A DNA stretch of 64,000 nucleotides from Cyanophora paradoxa CCMP329 (taxonomy: Eukaryota; Plantae; Glaucophyta): positions 161,222-225,221 of the forward strand of contig QPMI01000167.1 of the NCBI GenBank assembly GCA_004431415.1, read 5' to 3'. This document shows, one piece after another, positions 35,790-47,173 of this stretch (position 1 is its first letter; the number at the start of each line of letters is the position of its first letter). A program made the position numbers and the translations under genes. The notes under the pieces were generated by a model that was not told the DNA's origin, made no database searches, and worked only from the letters and a program-made list of their open reading frames with translations.

Positions 35790-37380
35790 CTTCGCAAACG
35801 ATCGCGATCGATATCAACGTTAATGATCGAGCGCCAGCGCTAGCGCTGTAGCTACTAGCTAGCATGCGCAGCGCCGGCGCCGGGCGCCGACGTCGACGTC
35901 GCGATCGATATCGACGCCGTCGCCGCGGCCGGCCGCGCCAGCATGCGCCGGCGTTGCTATACGACGAAGCCTAGCTATCGGCGTATACGTACGCGTATAC
36001 GTGTCGCTAGCGCTGGCGCTAGGTACTAGACCAAGCTAGAAGCTACTAGCTATAGGCGGCGTATACGTAGTCCTCTCAACAGTAACCGCGCGCGGTTAAC
36101 GTTGCGGGCCCCGTTTTAAAACAAAGAGCGGCCACCCTCACCCCTTGAAACCCCAAGATCCAAGGCCACTCCTGCTCCGCAGGGACTCGCTTGTCCGATC
36201 CCCTCAGCAGGGCCTGTCCCTGTCACTCGGGCCCGGCCCAACCCCGGGCCCACCCCAAATTAAATCCCAATTCCCCGACCTCCTCAAAACCCGGGTCGGG
36301 CCGGCGCCGGGCGCCGCGCGGTATATCCTGAAATTAAAGCCCATCCCCAGGGGACCCCGAAACCGTGTCTCCCGGCCGCGGTCCCGTCCGACCAAATGCA
36401 TATGGTGATCCAGGCCTAGGAACGGGCACCAACGTTAACACCCGGGACAAAAATTAAATGGGTCCAGCGACGCACAGGCCATGGACTCACTCCGGAAAGA
36501 AAAAGGCTTATAATTAGCTATATATATAGTGTTCAACACTTACGGCAGACTTGGTGTTAACGTTGTTACGGATTCGGACAGTATCGACGTTGACTCATGA
36601 TATCGATCACCCCCCGCGCCGGTGCCGGTACGTCCGACGGTCCCATGACACTTGCACGGCTAGGCATTTTGATCATATTCATGACTCTCCCGATCGATAT
36701 CATCCGATATCGGTGATCGGATCCTGCCCGGCGGCCAGCTGAGCCTCGGAGTCCACTTGCCAATTGCAATTGCAATTGCAAGTTGCACTTCACATTGCTG
36801 CATAAGTTGATCATGAAGAAATCTCATTAACCTAGGCCTGCAGCTGCGCATGCGTGCACATCATTGCATGCATCATGGCATGCACCGTACGCGTGGCACA
36901 TGTACATACTATGATACATGTACATGTACAACTGATCATGAGCACTAATCAAGAGCTTCGATATATATATCCCGCCAAGCGCTCAGCGGCTAGCGCTAGT
37001 TAGTATACGTACTCAGTGACTGGCCCGCGGCCCATGTATACGTATACGTATCTGTATCTGCCAGATTCTGTATATGTGTGTACGCACACGGCTTATATCC
37101 CGTATATATATATGTGTGTGTGTGTCTGCCAGTGTACATGTGTGTACGCCGGCCGTGTGTGACGCATCATGGCATGCGCATGCGCACATGTACACGGCGC
37201 CGGTGCAGATCTATAGCTAGATGTGCATGCACAAATTCTATCTAGAATAGTACTCTGAGATCTAGCTATAGACATCGATCATCGGATTTCGATCTAGATC
37301 TGATTCAATGATTTGATTTGAGATAACGTTAACTTCAGGATAATAATTACTTTATTGAGCTATAGCTATCTAGTATAATT
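35790..37380. other. Non-coding DNA saturated with overlapping short palindromes
   Basis: Examples: cgatcgcgatcgatatc, gcgctagcgc, gacgtcgacgtc, caattgcaattgcaattgc, catgtacatgtac, tatacgtatacgta. Confidence 0.8.
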
Positions 37381-37651
37381 AGTAATATTTACATTGATGG
37401 TGCCGCACTGTTTTCAAATTCAGCATGCCATGATGATCATGATCAGTTACGATCCTCTGAGCTCGAGGCTCGAACTCCTCCTGGCGCTCACAACCAGCCT
37501 GCTGCAGTGCCGCAGTGACGGGCACAGCTGCAGCTGCAGGGCACGTCAGCTGCAGGTCCAGCACGAGCTAGCGGCGCGGGATAAGAGGGGCTCAGATCAG
37601 TGGCGAACTAGCGATTGATGGATCCGGAGGTGTTGCGCATGCGATGCAATA

Positions 37652-40600
37652 TCAGATGCCGGCATTAAGTGTGGACGGATCGTCCCCTCCAGCGGAGGCA
37701 GCGGAGTGGGCGCGGGAACGGGCGCGGGAGACGCTGCCGAGGCGGCGGTCGTGGCGGCGGCGGGCCCGGCGTCCATCGAGCTCGGAGGGCTCGGGGGCGG
37801 CGGCAGCAGCAGCTGCAGCGCGCTGGCGGCGCTCGAACTCGATGAGGATGCGCTCGCGGACCGCCTCCACGGCGAGCGCCTCCGCTTCGATCGCCCGCAG
37901 CTTCTCCCGGATCGCCCGCCCCTTCGCCTCCTCGAACGCATCCCCATCCCGCCCTTCCCCCTCGTCGCTCCCCGCGCCCCTCGAGTCCCATCCGGACAGC
38001 TGCGCACCAGCATGAGCATCAGGGCAGCAGCAGATGACACATGAAAGGGTACCTTCGAGCTGCGGCGGGGGGCGGGGTACCGGTCGGCGCTGGGCCGGCC
38101 TTCGAGGCTGCTGCTCCTGTGGCGGGCGGCGGCGACGGCGGCGCTGAGGTCGGGGCGGGTCTTGCGGCGCGTGCTGCCGGCCGCCTCGCCCCGCCCATCC
38201 TCCTCGTGCTCGAGGTCTGCCCTCTCGTCCGCTATCCGCACATGGCCCTGCGCGCCGCCCCGCGTCACCGGACCCGTCGGCGCGGGTAGGCCGCTTGGTC
38301 GCACTCTCTTGGCGGGCGGGCTGCTGTTTGTAGCCGCGCTCGACGGCGACTGCGACTGGGAGGAGGGGGATGCGCCCCCGGCCCACGACTCCGCGTCCGC
38401 CTCGCTCCGCGCCTGACTCTGTGGCGCTCGCGTCAGGCGCTGGATCCGGATGCGTGTGTCTGGCGGGGCGCGCCCTGCCGGCGCGCGGCCGCACCCGATG
38501 GGTCTTCTGGCGATACGTGCGGGCCCCTGCGGGGGCCGGCGGCGGGGTGGCCTGCGTGCCGCCTCAGGGGCCGGGAGGGGAGAAAAAGCGGGCGCGGAGC
38601 GCGAGCCTGGAAGCCGACAAGGGGCCGGCGGGAGACTGCGGGGGACGGCCGCGCGCTGCCCTCTGCGATGACGTAGCCCGAGAGGCGCCGGCCTGCCCGC
38701 CGCCGCCCCTCCGCCCCTGACCCCTCTTCGCCGGGTGCGCCGGCCGACGCCTCGCGGCCGTCGCTGCCGCTCTCGCCGCTGCTCTCGCCGCTGCTCGCCT
38801 CGCTCCCACCGTTGGATACGACTGGCGGGGCGCGCGAGGCCGGCCCTTCCTCCTCCGTCAGCTCCTGCCGCCCCCCATGGGCCCCCGCGGGGCAGAGCTG
38901 CGCGCTCCGGGGCGGGGCCGGCGGACGGGCGGGCGCACGGTGAGGAGGCCAAGGGAGATGCGGCGGGCGCGCTCCCGCGCAGCGGCCGCCGCCTCTACGG
39001 CCGCCTGCACCTGCCCCGTGCCCGTCAACGACGACCCAGCGGGGCCGGACGCCAGCGTGCGCGCCTCGCGCAGGTGGGGGTCGGCGGGGTCTGAAGGGGC
39101 CGGCTCGGTGGAGGCGCGGCGGCTGCGGGGCCGGTGGGAGCGGCGCGAGATGGTGCGCTCGTTGCCGTCCTCGTCCATCTCAGCGGCCACAGAGGCGCGC
39201 CGCCGGTGCGCCGCCTGCGGCCGATCAACGGGGCGCCGGGCGGCGGGGCGGGCGGCGCACTGCATAGGTGCGGTCGGCGGTGAGGGTGCCGCGGCGTGCC
39301 CGGTGCGCCGGCGGGCGCGGCCCCTCCGCCTCGTCCTGCCCCGTGGAGGACGCCTGTCGCATCCCCGTGATGGGCGGCAAGTCCAGGAGGCTGCCGCGCC
39401 GCGGAGCCTCCTCGGGAAGCGGCCGCGAGGCGCGGCGGAGGGCAGGGCTTGGGGACGGGGCGCCGCGCGGGCTGGCGACGGAGGCGTTGGAGGGGGCCCG
39501 GAGGCCGGCGGGGGCGGGGGCGGGCAGGAGCAGCAGCTCGTCACCGCCAAGGATCGACGCCGGCCCCTGCGGCTCGAAGCTCCGCGCCAGCGCCGCCCGC
39601 CGCGGGTCCTGCACGGGCCGCAGCTCCCCAGGCGCGCGCCCTATCGGCCCCTCCGACGGCTGGAAGGCTGGCGGCCCAATAGCGGGGCGGGCGTCGGGAG
39701 GCGGAGGAGGCGCGCGGTGGGGGACAGGGGCGCCGCAGGCCGCGCCCTCCTCGCGGGTGGCAAGCTCGATCCCCTCATCCGCCGCAGCGCAGGCCCCCTG
39801 CACGCGTGCCACGGCCTCTGCCGCAGTGGGCGGTGCGGCGGCCGCGGCGGGCGTGTCGGGGGCGACGTAGACCGCCCCCCGCGCGCCGGGGCGGCAGAGG
39901 GAGGGGATGAGGCGCTGCGGGACGGGGTAAGGGAGGGGTGGGGGAGGGGGCGGGGAGGGCGGACGAGGAGAAGCGGGTACTGGCCGTAGAGCTGCGCGGC
40001 GAGCAGCAGCGCGAGCCCCGCCGTAGGTAGCCCGCAGAGGAGCGTGGGGAGGGCGCCGCGCGAGGTTGCCGGCAGGGCGGAGGCTTGCGCGGCGCAGAGG
40101 GCGCAGAGGGCGCCGACCATGAGGCCCGAGGCGAGCGCCTGCAGGCCGTTCTCCAGGCGGCACCTGCCGGCCCGTCACCCCGGCCGCCGCGCCCGACGGG
40201 GGCAGTTCGGCACCGGAACGGGCGCCCGAGGGCGATGCAGGCGAGGTGGGCGGCGTGGAGGGCGGCGAGGGCGGCGGTGGCGGCGAGGGGCGAGGCGGCG
40301 GGGCGGTCGCCGGGGAAGGGGATGGTGGCGGCGGCGGCGCACGCGACGCGAAACAGGAGCTCGGCGACCGGGAAGAGGGCCCGCCTGGGGCGCGTCAGGA
40401 CGGCCGGGAGGCGCGGGTGGGCGGTCGGGGTGGCACCTGCCCGGCCGGTAGTTCTCAAAGAGCGCGCCCCACGCCCGCAGGTGGCCCTCCCGGCCCCCGG
40501 CCCCGCCGCCTGGGGGCCTCCCCGGCCGGCGCCACCGCTCGCGGAGCCACCGCCGCGGGGCCGGCGTCGGGGAGCCATGCGCCGGCGAGGGATGCCCCGC

Positions 40601-42752
40601 GGAACCAGGCCGCCAACGCGACGAGGCGACCCCTCGCGCTGGCCGCCCCGGGGTCCCCGCAGCCGTCCGGGGGCACGGGGCCGCGGCGCCGAGGCGGGCG
40701 GAGTTGCCGCGACGGCCGGCGCGGAGGCGGGCGGAGGGGCGGCGCGGCACGATCTCGACGACGTCGGGGGCGGCGGGATCGGCGCCCTTGAGTCCCTGCG
40801 GGGGGTCGGGGGCGTCTCGGGCGCGGGGCCGGGGGGCGCACGGGGAGGATCGTGTAGACGGCGATGCGCCCGCACTCTTCTGCCCCGCCCCGCCCCGGCC
40901 CCTCCTCTTTCTCCGCCGCCTCCGCGCTCGTCGGGGTCGCCGCTATGGGATACGACGAGGCGGCGGGCGCGGGGGCGGGGGAGCGGGGGGCGAGGGAGAG
41001 GAAGCGGGGGAGACGGCGGGGCCGGAGGGGCCCGAGGAGGGCGGCGGCGGCGGCGGAGGCGAGGATGGCGAGCTGGCGCGGCGTGAGCGGGGCGGGGCGA
41101 CGCGGAGGGGCGCGGCGGGGGGCGGGCCGCACGAGGGAGGCCCCCACGGCGAGGGCGAGGGGCTGCGCCCCCGGCGCCCCGACGGCGGCGAAGGCCCCGT
41201 GGGCGAGCCCCGCGCCAGCCAGGAGCGCCCTGCTGACGTCAGGCGCCCGGGAGCAGGGCGGGGGGCGGCGCGGGGGCGGGGCGGACCAGTTGGCGGCGAG
41301 GCGGGGGAAAAGGAGGACGTTGGGGAGGTGCGGAGCGGGCACCCGCAGGCCCCGCAGCACGAGCCGCGCGGTCCCCGCCAGCAGCGCGCAGTACACTGCC
41401 CTCCACGTCACGCCCCCCGCCTTTGCTTGGCGGTGGGCGGCGGAGCGGGCGGGCGCACGGGCGAAGAGGGCGGCGAAGGCGGCGGCGCTGAGGAGGGCGG
41501 CGCAGGGCGCCGAGGGTGGCAGCAGCTCGGGCCAGAGGGCGCTGGCGACGGGCTCGGGGGCGGGGCCCGGGCAGAGGGCGGCGCCCGGAGCCTGGAAGAG
41601 GGTCCAGCGGAGCTCGCGGGTGAAGGCGCGGAAGGCGTCGGGGGCGGCCCCCGCGGGGAGGCGCCAGAGCAGCGCCGCCCCCTGCGCGTACAGCGGCGCC
41701 CCCAGCCAGTGTCCGTAGAAGGCGAACGGGCCCGAGCCCCGCCGCGGCGCCTCCGCCGGCCCCTCCCCCGCCGGCCCGCCGCCTGCCGCTGGTGAGGGGC
41801 GGGGCGGGCGGCCGGCGGGGGCCGCGCACGGCGGGCGGCGGCCTGGAGGTGGGCGAGGGAGGCCCCCGCGGCGATGGAGAGGAGGGCGCTCGCGAGCACC
41901 AGCCATGAGGCCATCCGCCCCAGCGCCCCGCCCCGCCCCGCCGCCGCCCAGTCCGCTGCCGCCAACTCAGACAGGCGCCCGGGGCCGGGCGAGCGGGGCG
42001 CACCGATGTGGAGGCGAAGGGGCTGAGCGCGGGCCTCGCCCTTGGCGCGCCAGCTGCGAGTGCGGGGGGTGAGGGACGGGCGGGGGTGCGGGGGCGGCGG
42101 GGCGGGGGCACCGGAGGGTGAGGGGCACGGCCTCTGCGGGCCCCGTGAGGTTGAGGAGGACGAGGGCGAACTCGCCCGGCGGCAGCGACTGCTGCACAAC
42201 GTGCAGCCGCGGCGCCCCGCTGCGCCCCGCCCCCGTCACCCCCGGCCCCCGCCACGAGCCGCCCCGGGAAGGCGCACAGCGCGGGGTCCCACTCCGAGGG
42301 GCACCAGCCGTCCCGCACCCGGCACTCCGTCCACCGCCTGCGCGGCCACCCTCGGCCGGCGCCGCAGGGGCGGGGGCGGCGGGGCAGACCACTCCCAGAT
42401 CCAGACGGAGGCGGGGTCGCCCTCCGCGTGCACCCACTCGACGGTCACGTTGCTCAGCCACTCCGCCCCGCGGTTGTACACGTACACACCGAAGAGCCCG
42501 TCCCGCCCGCTCGGGCCCCGCGGCGCGCTCCCCTCGAACCTGTACGCGGCGCCGAACACCAGGGCATCCCCTGCGGCCCCCAGCGGCGCCGGATTGAAGC
42601 TGAAGTTCCCAGCCGCTGCGCAACCCGCCCAAGGATCGAAACGGACCATACGACTGTCTGCGTGCCAGAGTCCCACCTGCTGCGCACGAGCCCATCCACA
42701 CCAGCGCGACAGCCAGGGCCAGCGCGGCCGTCCGGTCGCTAGTTCGCCGCAT
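37652..42752 (-). CDS. Large multi-pass membrane hypothetical protein (signal peptide, ectodomain, several TM segments, long low-complexity cytosolic tail); may be more than one gene
   Basis: Signal MRRTSDRTAALALAVALVWMGSCAA, ectodomain (GLFGVYVYNRGAEWLSNVTVEWV), hydrophobic exons (MASWLVLASALLSIAAG, LPTLLCGLPTAGLALLLAAQLY), and a coiled-coil end (AIREKLRAIEAEALAVE). Confidence 0.45.
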
Positions 42753-43048
42753 CGCCGATGCTTCGGCCTTCTCGGCCGGCTAAAAAGTGCCACGTCCTGG
42801 CGCAGCGAATTCGATTCTTCTCCGTGCTCTTCTCGGGGTCGTAACCAGCTGCTGATGCAGCGCTGTGGTGGAGCTTCCTCCCTGCGGTGCCGCCGGTGCG
42901 TAGAGGTGGCAAAAGCGCGCTTGCCGCTGCGCATGCGAAAAGCGGGCGCGCAAACTCGACAGGCGCCGCGCAGAAACCCAAGAGTCGTCGATGTTGCAAT
43001 CTGGCCGCTCACGCATACCCCAGCTTCGTTCGCAGGCCGGCGGCTTCG

Positions 43049-46000
43049 ATGGCCGACGGCGCTGGCGCAGCTAGGCCGGTGAAGCGCGCAAAGACGGAAA
43101 CCCCCGAAATGACGCAACTAGGGCAGAACCCTTTCGCGCTCCTCGGTGCGCTCGCGCCGCGGACACTGGCGGCGGTCGCGCTCTCTTCGTACGCGTGCGT
43201 GTAGCTGATGCTAGCTTGGCTCCTCCCCCGTCAGCGAACGCGGATGACGAGGTCGAGGAGGGCGAGACCCGGGAGGAGCCGACAGCGGCCGCCGACGGCT
43301 TCCAGGCGCGTGTGATGCCGCGCACGCGCGTTGGAACGCTGCGTACGACCGCAACTGAGTCGCACGGCCGGGCTCACGTCGATCGTGAGCGCAGGTGCCC
43401 AAGGAGCAGAAGCGAAAGCAGAAGAAGCTGCAGCGACAGGTGCAGGCTGGCAAAGCATCTTCGCAGCAGATCCGCCAAGTCCTGGGCTCCTCCGTGCGTC
43501 TGCTCGGGGGAGGGAGCTCGCCCCTCGGGCCCTCGCCGAGCTCCCGGCAGGCGCGGGCGGAGGTCGAGGTGAAGAAGTCAGAGATCCGGGGCCAGCTGAA
43601 GATGCGGGCGAGTGAGGCAGCGCGGGGCGCGCGGGGAGCAAGGCTGACGGGGCGGCAGAGCGCGACGGACGTGGTGATGTTCGTGCTGACCTCGCCGGGG
43701 CACCCGGAGAGCGCGCGCTTCAACCCCGTCATCCCCAACTGGCTCGTAATCAAGGTGCGGGGGCGGGGCGGGGCGGGCGGGGCGGGCAGGTGTATGACGG
43801 GGGCGGGAGGGCAGAACAAGCCGCTGGTGGAGCGGGTGGTGGTGCTGCTGGCCCCCGGCCTCGACGAGGCGACCTTCCGGGCGCACGCCGCCTGCTTGCC
43901 CAACCTCGCCCGCATCTTCCCCGCCGCCGGGCCCAACGGCCCCGTCCCCATGCGCGCCCCGGGCACCCGTGCCCGCATCTCCTCCCCCGCCCATGCCCTC
44001 ATCATGTACCCCGTCAAGAAGCGCTCCAAGCGCGACGCCGCCCGCGCCGCCGCCGCTGCCGCCGGCGAGGAGGCCACCGGCGAGGCGGCGTGGGGCCCCG
44101 AGCAGCTCCTTGCGACGCGCCAGCAGGTGCAGCCGCCGGGCGCCGCTCTCGCGCCCCGCCGACGCGCACCGGCAGCTCGAGGAGAACAACTTCCCCCTCT
44201 TCCCCCTCCCCGGCGCCCCGCAGGCCACACCGCACCACACCGACGCCGCCCCTCCCGACCCCGGCGGCGCCGCTGCCCCCAAGGTCCCGCCCGCCAGCCG
44301 CCCTGGGCCGCGCTGCGGCGAGGAGCATGCGCAGGCGGAGCTGCGGGGCTACGTGCAGACGCGGCGCGGGGCTGCGGGGCCGGAGGCGGGCGGCGGCGGG
44401 GCGCGGCTGCTGGCCCTTGACTGCGAGATGGCGCGCGGGGCTGGGTGGGGCGTGTGCGGGCTGGGGGCCTGAGGGGCGGGGCCAGGTGACGACGGGGAGG
44501 GCCTGGCGCTGGCGCGCTGGACGCTCGTGGACGAGGCCGGCCGCGTCGTCGCCGACGAGCTCGTCAAGGCCCGCCCCGCCGGCCCCCGCCCCGCCGCCCC
44601 CGCCCGACGCGGCGCAGCCGGCGGAGCCGGTGACGGACTACAACACGCGGTGGAGCGGGATCACGGCGGAGATGCTCCGGGGGGTGACGCGGACGCTGGG
44701 GGAGGCGCGGGAGGCCTTCCTGGCGCACGTTGACGCCGCCACCATCCTCGTCGGCCACTCCCTCGAGAACGACCTGCACGCCCTCAAGGCCCGCCCCCCG
44801 CGCCCCCCGCCCGCGCCCCCGGGCCGAGGCGGCGGCAGGTCGTGCACGAGCGCGTCGTCGACACCTCGCTCCTCTTCGAGCACCCGCGCGGCCCGCCCTA
44901 CAAGGCACGCCCCGAGTCCAGCCGCCCTGCCCCGCCCCGCCGGGCGCCGCGTGACGGCGGGCAGTCGGCGCTGCGGCACCTGGCCTCGAAGTACCTCGAG
45001 ATCTCCATCCAGGACGGCACCGCGTGCGCCGGGCCGCCGCCGCGCGCGCGGGGCGGCGGGGCATGAGGGGGCGTGCGGGCAGGGGCCATGACAGCGCGGA
45101 GGACGCGAGGGCGGCGATGCGCCTCGTGAAGCTCAAGCTCGAGAAGGGCGCCCGCTTCGGCGAAATGGGCCAGGCCCGCCCTCCCGGCCCCTCCCGGCCC
45201 GGCCCCGGCCGAGGCGCGTGCAGGAGGAGATGGAGAGCGTGTTCCGGCTGGTGGCGGCGCAGGGGCGCGCCGTCTCCATGTACGAGCGCCCCGCCGCGAT
45301 GCGCATGTGGGTCTCGGGCACCGCTGTCAGCGCCGTCCCCTGCCACTCCGACGCCGAGGCCCGCCCGCCCCGCCCCGCCCCGCCCCGCCCCGTCCCGTCG
45401 GAGGCTTTGCCGCGAGCGGGGCGCAGGTGGCGTCGCGGCTGGCGCGGGACCTGCGGGGCGCCGGGGAGGCGGGGGAGGGGGCGGGGGTGCGGGGCCCGCA
45501 CCTCTGCTGGGCCCACCTGCAGGACCTCAACACCTTCCTCAACGGTGCGCGGCGGGGCGGGGTGGGGTTCGGCGGGGACGGGGGCCTGAGGGGGGCAGAG
45601 AGCGCGCGGACGGTGGACGTGGGGGACGGGGCGACGCTGGACGGCCTCGTCGAGGGCCGCCCCGGCTGCCACGGCCGCCTGCCCCCCGCCCGCCCCGCCG
45701 GCCCCGGCCCCACCGCCCCCGAGGCCGCCACGCCCGAGGTGCTCGCCGAGGCGGAGGGGCAGCTCGCCGTGCAGCTCGAGCTGCTCGACGCCCGCGTCGG
45801 CGAGGTCCACGCCGCCCTGCCCCCCAACGCCCTCCTCCTCCTCTGCACCGGCCACGGCAACATGGGCATCGTCTCCAGGTCCGCACGCCGCCCCCCGTCC
45901 CCCCCTGCCCCTTCCGGACGCCCCGCAGGCTCGCGGGGCACAAGGCGCAGTGCGAAAAGGGGCGGGCGGGGGACGAAGCGGGGGCCGTACTCGAGTGGAC

Positions 46001-46126
46001 CGAGCGGCACGAGCAGGCGCGCGCTGCCCGGCGCGGTGCGGGGCGGGCGGCCTGACGCTCCCGCAGGCGCTGGCGGCGGCAAATCAGCGCGCCGGCAACG
46101 CCCTCTGCTTCGTCGCCGTCAAGTGA
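43049..46126 (+). CDS. DEDDh RNA exonuclease (REXO1/REXO5/SDN5-like)
   Basis: LALDCEM|V, PVTDYNTRWSGIT, ILVGHSLENDLHALK, VVDTSLLF, GHDSAEDARAAMRLVKLKL, C-terminal LPPNALLLLCTGHG...LCFVAVK*. Confidence 0.92.
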
Positions 46127-46130
46127 CTCC

Positions 46131-46373
46131 CGCACGCAGTAACCAGCGGCGAGGGGCCCAGGGAAGCCGGCGAGCGGCGCGCACCGGGACGACAGTCTTG
46201 AGGAGCTGGGCCCCTCTCGCGTGTGCCCTCGCTTCCATTCGCGTCGATCTTCCAGCGGCGGGGCTCGCGAAATAGTGCAGCGAGCGCCGGCTTATAAGCC
46301 TTGATGCGTTCCTGCAGAGCTTCAATTAGGAACTGCGTGCATTCAGCGACTGCGCGACCCGCGACCCGCAACC
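46131..46373 (+). pseudogene. Internally deleted duplicate remnant of the 52.7-54.3 kb PsbQ-like locus
   Basis: 46151-46296 matches 52686-52836 (upstream region). 46299-46361 matches 54093-54155 (last exon and 3' UTR). The copy then jumps to 54235-54252. Confidence 0.8.
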
Positions 46374-47173
46374 GAGCTGCAGCGGCCTGCTTGGATCGAA
46401 AGTTGAGGTTTGATAATACAATGAGTACGATCCACTGGGCCAAGGTTTGATATATATACACGCGATGCGGCTCCACCTTACGCACCTTCGGGAGCGCCGG
46501 CGGGGGAGGCCCGCCGGCCGGTGCTCGCGATCGTTGCCAAGTTGGGGTTCCGGCCCCCTCGGGCAGCATTCCTCTCCCTTAGCGGCCAGCCTGGCAGCTG
46601 GCAGTCCGTGGCGGGAACGGGCGAGCCTCCGGCCCGGCGGGCACGGCCCGCACCTTGATCTTTTGATCTTAATCCCGTAGATCTAGAGCAAGCCTTGAAG
46701 TAGACGTAGGTTTTGATCTCGAGCTTCGGTATTCGATTTCGATCTCCGAGGCTCGACGTCACTAGTACTTGCCACACTTGAGCCCTTACGATTTCGACCG
46801 GCGGCCCACTGCTAGCCAAACAGCTACTAGGGCTACTAGGCTAGTCCAGATGTCGTTGGTCGTGTCTGAAATGCAGTATGCGCTGCTGTGCCGCAGTGCC
46901 ACTGGGCCACTGCTCAGAGTCGGCCCCACGGCCGGCCGGGCCCGGCCCCGCGGGCCGGGCGCCGCGGCCGTGACCCCGCGGGGCCTCGAATCAACAAGCC
47001 CTGGGAGTTGTGCAGGATTTCGGGATCGAGTTACAAGCCTTAAAGCTCCCATTCTCTCTTGGCAGTGAACATGTATTTACAGCGAGGCAATAGAGGACGG
47101 CCCGGCGGGCGGATAAAACTGCGTGCCGATCGATCTGGCACTGGCCGTCGAAACAAAAGCTGCGGCCGGCGCA

